A stretch of 63,920 nt of DNA, filler included, from Folioceros fuciformis (taxonomy: Eukaryota), in the NCBI GenBank assembly GCA_049999805.1. It is 8 parts of 8 records of this genome, joined end to end, with 100 filler letters (N's around TTAATTAATTAA, not from the genome) between each part and the next. Parts side by side here need not be neighbours in the genome. Positions count along the whole stretch, not along the records: positions 24,589 to 40,560 come from JBNGIO010001254.1; positions 40,661 to 47,781 come from JBNGIO010001255.1; 6 more parts are not named here. One strand, given 5' to 3'. The notes under the pieces were generated by a model, which was not told where the DNA came from, searched no databases, and was given only the letters and a program-made list of their open reading frames with translations. How positions within the stretch are numbered: the stretch's first letter is position 1; each line of letters opens with the position of its first letter. Below, piece by piece: positions 34,690 through 47,881 of this stretch. A program made the position numbers and the translations under genes.

Positions 34690-35798
34690 GACGCCTCAAC
34701 TCTGATGAGGTAAAGAAGAAAATACGGTGCAAAAATTAAAAAAAAAACCAATCTCAGGAAGAAAAAGCTAAGAACAATATGGAAGCGCATCGTCTACGAG
34801 TTCCCTTTGATACGTCCTACAGCCTTAACCAAGACTGTGAATGCAGCGACCTCGAACAAGTCGAAGCGACCTTACCACCAAACATCAACATCCAGCTATG
34901 CGAGCTGCTCAGGTCAGAACTACCACGCGATCATGCCATAGAAGCGTGAATGCGAGGAGCGAAGACTCTACGGGCAGAATACCCAAAAGACAGACGCAAT
35001 GCGCCGACTCACGGCGGAAACGCTCCAACGTAGTCAGGCGATACAAGGCAGTAGGCAAAGAGCAGCTACCGAGCGCTTACCAAGAGCACCGCGCGCAAGG
35101 CTAGCGATGAGAAGGCGGTCGGATGCGGAAGCGGACGACGGAGCGTGGCGGCCACACGAAGTTGTGATGAATGAGAGGAGAGGTATGGACAGGGTATAAG
35201 GGCGAAACCGCGTGGTCGACTTCGTCGCCAGTTATTTCGCTCACGGGAGTGGCGAAATGTGGGCACAACTTCATAGTTGCGTAGCGTGGGTCGTGAGGCT
35301 CCTCTGACCAAGCGCTGTTCCGCCGATTTTTGCCTGGTTCACGCATCTATCGGGGGACCGTTGTGTGGCGTTTGATGCCTTCGAGATCCTTCGCGAGTAA
35401 CAGCAAGATGCTTAAAAAATACCAAGTACTGTTGTCTGTTGTAGACCCGGAAGCCTTACCCGAACCCATTCCGGCTTCCAGTAACTTGTACCACCTAGAC
35501 TTCTCACCGAGACAAGCCAACGAACACAAGCTCCCCAACTGACTGTCCACAGAGTTCAGTTATCCCACAATGCTGAAGTTGCTTGTCAGTATGTATACAA
35601 GACCAAAGGATTCGCCATTGATGGGAGCTGTTAAGACCTAGCATGGTGAACTATCATCACTTTGATTAGATGCGCTACATATTATCAAATAATTAGCACG
35701 AATTGATCAGAGAATAATTTTTAAAGTATTATCTTATTTAAAATATTTTTTTCCTGACTGCGTGGTATCGGAGTATGTTCAAAATAATAACATTGAAC

Positions 35799-35872
35799 TT
35801 AGGGTTTAGGGGGTTTAGGGTTAGGGTTTAGGGGGTTTAGGGTTAGGGTTCAGGGTTTTTTAGGGTTCAGGG
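35799..35872 (+). repeat. Interstitial telomere-like array (mixed TTTAGGG/TTAGGG/TTTAGGGGG/TTCAGGG)
   Basis: About ten consecutive variant units read directly. Confidence 0.85.
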
Positions 35873-36666
35873 TAATGCTTTATACCAAATTATATGTACC
35901 ACCACTGTACATGCACTGCGGTGTCACATCTGGATGAAGTTACCTATTGTGATTCTCAAAAACTACCTATTACTCTAAAAATGTCATGACGACGTGAAAT
36001 AACAAAAACCTACCCACCATGTTCTTACAGCTTAAATCCAAATCCCAGGGAGTCGGCAAGGCCAAAGAGCTGCTCCAGACTACGAGGTGTCGTAGTGCGA
36101 GGCTCTCTCGGGGATATTTTACGATATCAATATACAAAAGTTTTGAAAGCAAAAAGAAGACAGGAGCAGGAGGTGCGGCAAAGAAGACGGGAGCAGGAGC
36201 AGGAGGTGTGGCAGCGTCTGCGACGGCCTGTAGGCCCAACTTCGGGCGGGTCGAAACTCGCCTTTCGCACGCTGACACATTTGTCGCACTCTGTGCGCCA
36301 TTAGCGTGCTACCACTGGTTCCTCCCCACGTTCATCTTCAAATCAAAACTCCGGCCTGGACCCTCTGCTGCTGTGTACGAGAAAGCCAAGGTCGTCAGTG
36401 CCGACAGGTTTCAGAGCCCGTACGCACGGGTGCGCTGGGTCAAGTCTGCTCCTCCGGCACTCGAAGGTGGGTTGGGTTCCACAGCACAGCAGCAGCCAGG
36501 TAACAGGAGTGTTGCGTGAAGATGCCGTGTATCTTAATTTAAGTCAGACGTGCCTAAACATTACTACTTCTCCTACCTCAGCTGCAAATGTCATGTAGAA
36601 GACTATCAATCCCTTCCTGCCTTCGGATCGGGATAGGATAGTTGTGTACATGGGCGAAGCAGCGTC

Positions 36667-39600
36667 CTACAAAGACATCGAGGTCATGAGCCCCTCCAGA
36701 GCGGACTTCAAGTTCTTGTTCTCTCCATCTTCCTTGTTCTGGTGGTGAAAGCAACGCGTGAGTGAGGAGGTCACACAGATGTTCAAACGCTCATGGAGAT
36801 GCTGGAGAGAAAAGCAAAACAAAAGAAAAACAAAAAAAGAGAGGATGACGGACCATGCAAGGAATAGAGTGTACGAGGGACGGGACGGGGTGGGAAGATC
36901 CGGACCTTGACGTGAATGGAATGGTAGGCCATTCGCTCGTTGGTGCTTTTCTGCGCCGTGACAACCTTGAATCTGAGCTGATCCAGCAAAAGCAACGTCT
37001 TCCAGAAAAAGTCGGGCCTGGCTCTCGGGCTGGAGAGGGTGATGAAGGCTTCCATCCCGAATATGTCAAGAGTGACAACCGGAGATGTTGAGTGCGGCTT
37101 GATGCCGTCGCAGGAGCTGCCCGCATTGTTGGCCTCACCGCTGCTCAGCTGCACGGAGATGGGGTCCTGCGGAGAGGTGGAGGTTGCCACCAAGCTATTG
37201 CTCTTGGTGCCGAAAGAAAGTTTCTTGGAAACCTTGTGCACGCCGGAAGCTGCCAGAACATGGCGGGTGCTGTACAGAAGACTCTGAGCCACTGTCAGCT
37301 CCGCCTTCTTGTGCGTCAGAGTCTTCATGGATTGCTGCATTTCCTGGATGTAGGTGATGGTTTGAGCTACGACCTTGAGCCTGTCCGTCGGCTGCAAACA
37401 ATGTTACACACGTGAGTACACTTGGCAATGCCTGGAGCGGCAGTGTGGAAGGAAATTGCAACATGCGAGTAAGGAAGAGGTTCCGTGCTTACCCTTGGAT
37501 TGTTGCCATCGGGAGGTAGCAGGGAGCCTAAGGTGGAGAGCATACAATTCATGCTCCTCCGACGCCTCCGCTCGGCTATCACGTGGCTCTCCCGCTCGGA
37601 ACTCGGAGGGAGTTTGTCAGACTCTTCCAGGCCATCAACGTTCTCCTCGTTGCTGGCACGAGCAGCGGCGTCCTTTTTGGACTCCTTCCTCGGCTTCTTG
37701 CTCGGTTTGGACGGGGTGGTGAGCGTATCGGACTTGGCTGCACTCCGCTTCCGGCTTCCCGTTGGTGTCTTGGGCTGGACAAGTCCCGATTGAGCCGCCC
37801 TGGTGGTAGGCTTCTTGGCGGCTGCTGCGTCCAGCTCCGATCCGTGTGCACTGTCAGGGGAGCTGTGTTCTTCATTCTGTCTGGTCCTCTTCAAATTTCT
37901 GGAGGCAGCCTGAGGCGATGTTCTGGCAGGCTGGCGTCTGAGGGAAGGCTGCTTCGAATTCCCAGTGCCTGGTGTCGGGGGAGCTGCTCCAGGAGTGTCG
38001 CAGGCTGCAGCAAACTTCTTGCTTCTCTTCTGCTGCGTGCCAGTGGCAACTGCAGAGCTTTTCCTCTTGCTTCCATCAACGGCAGGCAGGGCAGAAGCGG
38101 GAGAGCGCACCGCGGGCGCAGGGGATTGACCAGAAACCGTTTCCCGACTGCAGCTGGTTGCACTCCCTCTGGCACAGCGACGACTCCTGGCAGCAGCAGG
38201 CGGCGTTGCAAGCACACAAGTGGTGGCGGCGTTGTCACCCGTCTTGCGGCCAGGAGACGCGAGAGCCTCCCCAGCTAGCTTGGCTTCCCCAGCAGCAGCG
38301 GCTGGTTTGTGTGCGTCATCCGAGACAGGTGGAGTTGTCGACGAGGAATCCGGAGGCCCCGCGGTGGCGATGCTGATTTCCAAATTGGAGGCGGACTTGT
38401 TGAGCTTCAAGGAGGAGGACGTTCTGCTCAGGGAAGCAGCTGCAGGCAGGTTGAAGTCTGTGACGGTGGCGGATGCCAAGTCTGCCAACACGGTTGGCAG
38501 TGCGTCGAGATGGCACATGGAAGCTGAGAGCTCCTCCGGATCCAGATCCTGGGAGGTACTCCTGCGGGAGGGAGCCGTGTCCACGTTGGCATCCGAGTTG
38601 CAGCACGTGGAGCCCTTATCCATGACGCCTGGCCTGACATCGTGATGGCTGCAGTCCAGGTCGGGGAGGTAGTCCTGTATCCCTATCAGCTTGCAGTCGT
38701 GATCCTGGCCATCGATAGCGAAGTTGTCGTCCCTCCGCAGGCTTGGGGCCGAGGAGTGGAGGAAGTCGAGCAGCATGTCGGGGTCGGAGTTGGGGTCGGA
38801 GCCGGGGCCGGGGCCGGGATCCAGCTCGGGCTCCTTGAGCCAGTGCTGGACACAGAAGTCGTCCAGCTGGAAGGGAATGTCAGGCAATCCATCCACAGCC
38901 AGCGGCGCGGGCGGCGCATCTGACTCCGCTTCCACTTCCTCCGAGCCCCTGCTGCCGCTTCTGGCGCGCAGGTCCTTGACGTGGATGTGATCCGCCCAAT
39001 GCATGACGGTAGACGCGTTGCTCCCGGGTGTAGTCGGAGCCGGAAGCACGGCGACGGAGCCGTTCTCCTGGCCGGCGGAGTGCGTCGCAAAGGTGGGAGT
39101 GGTAGCAGCAGGAGGTGCGGCGGATCCGGCGTTGTTGAACATTGCCGAAGAAGCGCCGGTTGCCATGGCTCCGCTGCAGGAGGGAAATTGCAGCAGTTGC
39201 GCAAGGTCATGGTCACCGAGATGCTGCCCCGCCGCGGGCCCTGCTGCGGCCTCCATCTGCAGCTGCAATTGCAATTGCATTTGCAATTGCGAGAAGGCAG
39301 GAGCTGGAATCAAGTCAATCCCGGGGTCCCGGAAGGCATCCGGCTGGACGGGCAGCAGGTTTGCCAACATCCAGTTGCTGATCCTGAGCTCCCCCAAACC
39401 CGCATTCGGATTTACATTGCAATGCGACGAGTCGTCCAAGAGCTTGGAGTGGCCCCAGCGTCGCAGCGCTGCCGTCATGAACGCATTGGCGCTGGTGTTA
39501 CCATTGGACTGCAACCCTGCCTCGGCCTGCAGTTGCTGGTGAGCGACGTCGCCGTAGCAGCCGACCTGCAACTGAGGGTGCTGCTGCTGCTGTTGCGGTT

Positions 39601-39739
39601 GCGGCTGTTGCTGAGGCTTGTTGTAAGAGCCGCAGGCGGTCCAGCGAGGGGCAGCTGGAGGGGGATGCGGCAGGGTGAGAGGCAGGCGGAGGGGTGGCGT
39701 CGGTGGCGTCACCCAGGAATCTGCCGACAGAACTCCCAT
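36667..39739 (-). CDS. bHLH transcription factor with C-terminal ACT-like domain (ZHOUPI/bHLH95-like) and very long low-complexity N-terminus, 3 coding exons
   Basis: SERESHVIAERRRRRSMNCMLSTLGSLLP...|PTDRLKVVAQTITYIQEMQ. ACT-like VVTLDIFGMEAFITLSSPRARPDFF...KVVTAQKSTNERMAYHSIHVK|NKEDGENKNLKSALEGLMTSMSL*. First in-frame ATG is 39739; an acceptor near 39838 suggests an upstream exon. Confidence 0.85.
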
Positions 39740-40431
39740 TGCAGACGCGGCAGTGGTAAGTGTCTGCAGCTGTGGAATTGTGGATCCCTTTCCAGCTGTT
39801 GCTACCCGAGACTGGAGAAGTGACGGTGGCTGACCCACTGTGAAAGGAGACAAGCAACGCGCGAGGGCAGGCGGGCAGGCTACATGCAGACGGGAGGGGA
39901 AGGGAGGGAGCTCCAGACCCAGACAGGAATGGAATGTGCCGTGTTTGGCAATGTCGCGTAAGCAGAGGGGATCAAATGGCAGAGGGAAGACGCGGAGATG
40001 CTACAAGAAAGATCCGGCGAGGCAGCACTGACGGGAAGAGACGAAGACGCATACTCGCGTGGGCGCCGCTGTTGCGCCGTGTTTGTGGCTGCGCCGAGTG
40101 CGGGCTTGCGCTGCATGTCAAGTTCCCCACAACTTCTCGCCTCGCGGGTACCGTACTGTGCCGTAAAGTCAAACAACTAGGTTAAATTTTGAATGATGCT
40201 TCACACATATCCTACACATGATAAAAAACTATTATAAAAATGTACGTATAGAGTGGAGGGACGCAGGTACGCCCACGTAATCACAAAAATGGTAAATTAA
40301 AGCAGTGCAGTTGTTACGCGGAACGCACCCGACGTCACACGACACAGGGCGCAGTCTATCATTTGTTTAAGACGCAAACCGTTAGAATGATAGCTGGCAA
40401 TAGCTGGTTTCACATCGTCACGACCAAGACC

Positions 40432-40500
40432 AGGACCGGGTCCGGGTCCGGGTCCGGGTTCGGGTCCGGGTCCGGGTCCGGGTCCCCGTCCAGGTCCAGG
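40432..40500. repeat. (GGGTCC)n hexanucleotide microsatellite
   Basis: About eight near-perfect units. Confidence 0.9.
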
Positions 40501-40560
40501 ATATCCTGTAGTGAGTAGTGTAGTGTTTTGGGAGTGGCTATGTACAGTACAGTCCTATAT

Positions 40561-40660
40561 NNNNNNNNNNNNNNNNNNNNNNNNNNNNNNNNNNNNNNNN
40601 NNNNTTAATTAATTAANNNNNNNNNNNNNNNNNNNNNNNNNNNNNNNNNNNNNNNNNNNN
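40561..40660. other. Artificial contig spacer
   Basis: N44-TTAATTAATTAA-N44. Confidence 0.97.
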
Positions 40661-40677
40661 CTCCACGCTCCACCCAC

Positions 40678-41290
40678 CCTGCCTTGCCCTGCCCTGCCCT
40701 GCCCTGCCCTGCCCTGCAATACACAAAATTTGCAATGAATGAATGAAATTTGTCATTTGCTTAAAAATATCATGACGCGCTACCCTGCCCTTACTTGGAC
40801 TGAGCTGGACTGCCGCGGACTGGCCCGGCCCGGGCCGGACCGGACCACATCACACCCGGACTACACCCCAACACCACCACCACGCATGACACGGCTACAC
40901 GCTTCTACATACATACATACATGCTGGCCGGGCGCCACCGACACTGGTCACTCGCACTCCCACTCGCACTACCACTCCGTCCCGTCCCCCGCCAAATCTA
41001 AACACGGTTTACTACATAACACGCCACCTGCTTCTTCCTTCACTTGCCACTTCTAGCCGCGGCATCTCCAACCAAAGCCAAGCCCCTCTTCTTATGTGAC
41101 ACCACCACCTCGCTTACCCGCTTAGGCGCCTGCCATCATCCCTGCCTTGCCTTGCCTGGTGCGAGCGTCTCGTCTCGTCTCGTCTCCACTAGCCACAACG
41201 CAGGTCCCGGGGGTGTGGCCTCCTGCCTTGCCTTGCATTCTTCCCTTACACTGCCTTGCCTTGCCTTGCCTTGCCTTGCCTTGCCTTGCA
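40678..41290. repeat. Cluster of pentanucleotide microsatellites (GCCCT)n, (GCCTT)n, (GTCTC)n
   Basis: Runs at ~40680-40716, ~41143-41185 and ~41252-41289. Confidence 0.85.
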
Positions 41291-41570
41291 CTCGGACTGT
41301 TGTGCCTCCACCCACTTCCCCTTCGCCTTCTCTCCCGGGAGGAGGAGGGACGGACTCGGGGACCCAGAGAAGAGACCTGGGCCCCTTCCTTCCCGCGCTC
41401 TGCCCCCCTGTCGTTTTTTTTGCATTCCGCTCACTTCTTGTCCACCTGCCTCGCCTCGCCCCGCCCCGGACCCCAGCCCCGATCATGTCTGCCTTTCTTC
41501 TGCTGCGCCTGCGCCTGCTCCCGCCCGATTGACGACGCCACGCACTACCGCCCTACGTCTGCCCTCTCAA

Positions 41571-43077
41571 ATGGCCGTGCACGACCATCGCGCTCCCGCG
41601 CCTTCTACCTTTCTGCTTCCCGATTTGCGCAACAGGTGAGGTGCTATATGCCTGCCGTCTGCCTGCCTGCCTTCCTGCCTGCCTGCCTGAAGCCGCTGTG
41701 CTGTCTTCTCGAGCCGCCGCGCCCTCCTTCCTTCCTTGCTCACAAGCTTGCTTCTCTGTGTCTCTTGGTTGGTGGCAGCAGGATGCGGATGAGGTACAAT
41801 CAGGCACAGGACGCCGCCGCCAACCCCTGCGCCTCCTCCTTCGTGCACCAATTTTATCACTACACTGACGTTGGTACGACTACTGCTCTCTCCCCTCCCC
41901 ATGCATGCCTCTGCCTGCGCTGCCTGCGCAGTAATTTGTGGCGCTGTTGCAGCACGCATTGCCTCACAAATTGCCATTCTGTTCTGTGCTCTTGCAGTGC
42001 CGTCGCCGCTACTGCCTCCCCCCGCATCCTGCACTTCGCTCTTCTCCAACACCACTGACAACAATATGCAGCCACAGGCAGCAGCAGCAGCACCCGCGGG
42101 GGCCGTGTCCCGGAAAAGAAGTCGTCAATCTGCACAGCTGCAATCTGATTTTGGCGGCCTACACGCCTCATGCTCCGCTACACTTGCCGCCCCGGTCTCC
42201 ACTGGCTTGAGGCTTGCCTTCCACGACGACGCTTTCGCCTCGCCGCTCCCTCCTTTCGCCACCGCCTCCACCCCCCCTGCGCCTGCGCCTTCTCTCTCGC
42301 TGCTTCACCACGACTTCACCTCCACCCTCTGTCAGCAGCGCCAAGACACCAACCTCTACCTCACGCTCCAGGTAATGCCCGGCACACACGCCTTCACGCC
42401 CAGTCACACTGCTCCCTCTTGTTCGACCCCCTTTAAAGGTCTCTCTCGCCTTGCTCTTCTGTGTGTCGCAGGGAGAGCACATGCGCCACACTCTGCAGCA
42501 CAAGAGGGAGAAACTTGTCGCGGCTTTACTGGAGGCCGTGGACCAGCGCGTTTCCAAGCGTCTCAGCGAAAGAGATTTGGAATTGGACAAGCTCAGGTCT
42601 AGGAATCTGCAACTGGAGGAGCTCGTCAAGCACCTCAATCTGGAGGCTCATATTTGGCAGAACAAGGTCAAGACCACCGAGAACATGCTCATCGCCTTGC
42701 ACACCAATTTCCAGCAGGCTGTCAACCTCAGCCGCGACCGCGAGCATTACAGCAGGGAGGGGTGTGGAGACAGCGAGGCGGATGATGCATGCTCCTCGCA
42801 AGCTGATGGTAACAATGTGGATGCCCAGGCCCAGGCCCAGGCCCAGGCCCAGGCCCAGGCCCAGGCCCAGGCCCAAGCCCAAGCTCGGGCCTTCAGCAAG
42901 GAAAATCGAGAGCTCAGGGAACAGAGGATCTGCAGGATCTGCAAGTCGAATGAAGTTTCCATTCTCCTCTTACCCTGCAGGCACCTTTGCCTTTGCAAGG
43001 ATTGCGAGACTCGGTTGGACAAGTGTCCCATCTGTCGCGCACTCAAGAACGCTAGCGTGCAAGTCTACATGTCATGA
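41571..43077 (+). CDS. BRG: BOI/BRG (SBP1-like) RING-HC E3 ubiquitin ligase, 4 exons
   Basis: MAVHDH...FLLPDLRNR|, VSTGLRLAF, coiled coil RNLQLEELVKHLNLEAHIWQ, EGCGDSEADDACSS, C-terminal RING CRICKSNEVSILLLPCRHLCLCKDC...CPIC...SVQVYMS*. Confidence 0.93.
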
Positions 43078-43661
43078 TTCTTGCACCACCTCCTGCCTTG
43101 CCTACCTTCCTGAGAGCCATGTCCGGGTTTGTCGTCACTTACCTTCGAAGGTTTTTCCCCTTCACGTCTTTTTAACCTACCTCCCTTATCATGATGGATG
43201 TGGTCATTGGTCATATCGAAATGTCCTCCCATCCTCTTTATAGGTCAGGTAGATCCCACAATTCAAACAACACTTTCGCTATGCTACAGGAGGAGGAGGA
43301 GGACGAGGAGGTTTCAAAGGGCTGTCACATCCCTTACTTCTTTCTTTCAGTTGCCTGCAAGCAACATTTCACTATGACCACGGTGATCCCTGTACAGAGA
43401 TCCTTGATGAGAGAGGTGGACTGTTTCGCAACATCTCCACCCCCCACATGCTTGTAAAGATTTTTTTTTTTTTTTCAAGTCTTCTGTAAATCACTGGATG
43501 AACTTGATGGAGCCAGTCCTCGGGTAGAGTGGTCACATTCCCTTCCACATCCATCTTATCGAAACGAAACTTGAGGTTCTCATGAGCCTAGCTAGCTAGT
43601 CGAAGGGCTCTGCGATTGCCTGTTTGTGCCGGCTCCCGCCAATTATGCCACCGCGAAAATC

Positions 43662-46516
43662 ATGACTCTTCCCCTGCTCTCCTTGACGCCTGTCGTGCCT
43701 CCGCCCCGGACATGCTGCACCAACCTCAATCGCCTCGTTTCTGCACCGTCTCGCGCTGCTGTCGTTTCTCGCTTCTGTTTATCATCCCTGCGGCGATGGC
43801 CACTGGCATCAAACGGCGTTGGCTGCAAGCCTTCTGTCAGGTCCGGCAGGCACCTCTTGTCTCACTAGCCAAACGCGTTCTTGTCGCGTCTTGCTTGTTG
43901 AAGTACGTCGCAAATTTCTCAGCCTCCTCGTATCTTTTGCTAGCAGACAGTGGAGAACATGCAGAGCAGTCTCGCCGCAAGGTGATAAGGAGGATCAACC
44001 GCCTGGCGTCAATGCCGACAGGAAACAGGTTGCTGGTTCGCTCAGTCTCCTCCTTCCTGTGCCTTTGGCTTTACTCTTGTACCGACGTATGGCATCGCCA
44101 GCAGGATGGCAACAAGGATGCGGGGGAGTCCAACTCTGAGCTCAGGTCCGATACTGGAATAGAATCGAGCAAGGTAAGACACTGACATCCACCCCTTGTC
44201 GGCTGGCTTCTGCAATTGTAGGACCATTGCGGAGTCTCCACACTGCAGTGACGTGACTCGCTGGGACATGCGATGCTCAGGACACTTCCCAGGCTTCCAA
44301 GCTGTCCGCTGGGTCACCTCTGCCGGGGGTGAAGGTTTGCTCCACCACACTCCATTCATGAGTCCTACGATGCACATTCTCCAACGACTTTTTGCCTGTA
44401 GGTGCTCATGCTGGTGCCCTGTTGGTAACACATGTAACAGCCCCCTATTGCAGCTGCCAGGCTCCCGAAGGGGGTTACCGAAGTGCTTCGTGACCAAGTG
44501 TTCGGCTTTGACACCTTCTTTGTCACCAGTCAGGAGCCCTACGAGGTAAAGTAGTAGCGGGCAGGCTACTTGGTGGGTTCGTCCCTCGCTTTTCCGAGGG
44601 CCTCACCCCCATTTCTCACCGCAGTTGAGTTTTTGGGGTTCCCTTGTAGGGAGGAGTCCTGTTTCAAGGGAATCTGCGGGGAGAGCCAGCAAAGAGCTAT
44701 AGCAAGCTGACCAGTCGACTGCAGGTATGGGGAGGGACTCACCACATGACCAAATTATCGTACACATGTGGTGCGGCTACGAATTTCATCCACGGGAAAC
44801 TTTGCTCTGCATGCTCCTTACCATACCCATGCAGTTCTTTTGATGTGCAGGATAAGTTTGGCGACTTGTACAAGCTCTTTCTTTTGGTAAGTCCGAACGA
44901 TGATAAGCCGGTGGCCGTAGTGGTTTCCAAGGAGTCATTGCAACCTGACGCCACGCGTGAGTATCCCAAACTAGCCCCCTCACTGGAATTGGCATTCCCA
45001 GCAATTGCACTAGGTTAGCAAAGGTGGTCTCTTTTAGCTTTCTTAGAGTCTGCTGCCTCTTGTCAGGCAGGCAAGTTCGGTCGCCAGAGTTGGCGTTTCA
45101 TCATGTGGTTCGTCATCGTGAACCTAATGCCTTGGGTGTTACCTGCACCTCTCTACAGCTGTACCTGAGTGGTTTACGGCAATTGCGTTTGGGCTCGTGT
45201 CCATCGTCACGATTCTGCTCCGCGTCTCCCCATCTTCTACCTTCGATTTCTCGTAACTACTGAAACCCTCTACATTTTGATTTTCTCCTCAACTTTGCAT
45301 CAACCTTTTTTTTAGTGTCGAGTGATTTACATTGCAAGTGAGACCACCAAGTTCTAGCAAACCTCTGGATATTAAGGAAACCCTACCCTTAATCCAGCCA
45401 AGATTTCATGCAGGCCCTCCTCTGAAAGCTTGGAAGTCCTTTTGGAAGGGCTGCCCTTGGCCCTGGTAACCTTGGCAGTACTGGGTGCTCACGAAGCTGG
45501 TCACTACTATGTGGCGAAGAAACGAGGAGCTGAGCTGGGTTTGCCCTTCCTCATCCCGAGTTGGCAGGTATTTTTGTGCAGACAGACCTCTGTTGAACTT
45601 GGGCTGAAGACCCTGGGCAATACTGAACACGCTCTCTACAGCTACTGAATCCTGTTCGCTTCATTCATCCAGCTTGGATGCTTCGGAGTCATCACAAGGA
45701 TTTCAAACATCCTTCCAAGCCGACAGGAGTTGGTGGAGGTTGCAGCTGCTGGACCTTTGGCGGGGAGTCTAATTGCTTTGTCGTTGATCGTATTCGGGTT
45801 TCTTGTGCCCCCTGGCGACGGGCAAGCAATTCTTGTTGACTCTTCAGCTTTCCACGAATCCCTTCTTGTGGGTGGGATAGGTGAGGGTGAAGGCCAATTG
45901 ATTCTCAGCTTGGATTGTTCATAGAGTTTACCTGTGACGTCTGAATGCTACTTTGTGACGAATATCTCATGACATGCTCAGAGACATTGCCCTTGTGTAT
46001 GTTTGAGTCGCGTCTAACGAAGTCACGTCTGCAGCGAAAGCTTTGCTGGGAGATGCGTTGAAGGACGGTGTAGCAGTTGCAGTGAATCCCATTGTGCTAG
46101 CAGCGTGGTCAGGCCTTCTTATCAATGCCATCAATAGTATTCCAATCGGAGAGCTTGACGGAGGCCGCATCTCACAAGCTCTTTGGGGAAGAAAGGTTTA
46201 TCTTTTACCTTCAGTGCCTATTCTTGTGCATCTGGTAATGCTTGCTGGATTTGTATAGGTACGTGATTTCTTGGATCGTCTTGTTCAGGTCTGGTCACGC
46301 GTTAATGGAGTGTCGGTAGCACTTCTGGGCCTTGCAGGCATATTCAATGACCTAGCTCTTTACTGGGTGGTGCTGGTTATATTTCTGCAAAGAGGTCCTA
46401 TAGCCCCTCAAGGACAAGAGATAACACCCCCGAATGAAAAAGGCGTTGCTATTGGTCTGGCTGTACTCATCCTGGGTCTGCTGGTGTATTTCCCGTATCC
46501 TTCGCCTTTCGCCTAA
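43662..46516 (+). CDS. EGY2: Chloroplast M50/S2P zinc metalloprotease EGY2, multi-exon
   Basis: Transit-peptide-like N-terminus; AGSPLPGVK; LRDQVFGFDTFFVTSQEPYE|GGVLFQGNLRG; DDKPVAVVV; HEAGH (HExxH); AAAGPLAG; NSIPIGELDGGRI; LQRGPIAP. Confidence 0.94.
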
Positions 46517-47781
46517 AATAGGACCCTGCGCAAGGCAGCTGTTATCATCTTGTATATTGCCCTCAAGTAACCCTCCTGTTTCCGGATCAATGTGGATAGA
46601 GCATTATTTCCAAATCTTGTTGCTTAAAAATCAATGCGGTTGCCTCTTGCGCATTTTCAACTGCTGAGGAATGGTTATGAGGATCCAGGTTCACCTCTTC
46701 CATAGTTACTACGAACTTACTATGGCCATGTACGGCATGAAACTACAGTATGCTAACGGCGAGCGTCGGCTGCTCGACTCCTCCTTCTCTTCACTGTTGG
46801 TTTGAATAGCATAAATCTGAGTTAATGACAACTGGTGACGGGTTTGTACATTCTTGAGCTGGAAGCTCGGGACATCTGGCAAGTGCCAAAGCGCGTACCT
46901 GACATCTCGTTTTGTCTTGGGGTCACTGTTAATGGCTCTTCTACCATCTTCAACTCTCTTTTTTTTTTTTTTGCAAGTAAGTGTTGAAGCTTTCGGACCT
47001 TGAAAGATAAAGTACGCTGTTCTCCAACACGCGATGTGCTAGACACTGTAGGCGTGGTCAACGAGGGTACCCTACCCATAGTCTAGAAAGCTTGATGTTC
47101 CCTTGTGCAAACTGCGTACTAGCTTCCACCAAGCTTTGCGTAGTCTACACTCTTCAGTAGCCATAGCCATAGTTCTCTATTGTCTTCTCTTTCCATTCCG
47201 CTGTGGCCTAAGTTTGAACTAGTTCCGTTCCCTCATGTCTCTAAGCTTGTATGATTGCCGTGCAGGAGTCTTGACCAGGCCTTCCAAAGCTTTCCATAAC
47301 CACTCATATTGAGCAGTTGGTCGAGGAGGTTTCCAATACCTTGTTTTCGATTGAGATAAGGATGACCTTGCAGTTGCCCTCCAGCATTGATACTTGTGTA
47401 CGAATCCTGGCAACCACCTGTATCTCCTAGCATATACCTATGTTCGTCACTGTGGAGAGCTGTCCGCTGCGGGGCCTTCCCCGAAGAGGTCCGTGCACCA
47501 CAGCGGCCATGCTTTCAGAATTGTGCGTGTTTCATCTATGAGAAGCTAAAAAGGGTTCTAGAGCAGCGTGTTTGGTACACTTCACGGTTTCTCCATGGTC
47601 TCAGCCCCCGCAGCTCACGCTCTCATTTCCTCTGAATTAGACCACGAGCCTGCTCTCATTTCCTCTGAATTAGACTACGAGCCTGACACCGGCATGCACC
47701 CTAACGCCCCTTTGTCTGACTACATTATCGCAGGGCTTGAGGCCCGTGTCTCGGGACCCTGGAATAAACAACGAGACATTT

Positions 47782-47881
47782 NNNNNNNNNNNNNNNNNNN
47801 NNNNNNNNNNNNNNNNNNNNNNNNNTTAATTAATTAANNNNNNNNNNNNNNNNNNNNNNNNNNNNNNNNNNNNNNNNNNNN
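47782..47881. other. Artificial contig spacer
   Basis: N44-TTAATTAATTAA-N44. Confidence 0.97.

Noticed and set aside
36019-36519. 166-aa plus-strand ORF
   Set aside because: No domain; lies antisense to the probable bHLH 3'UTR.
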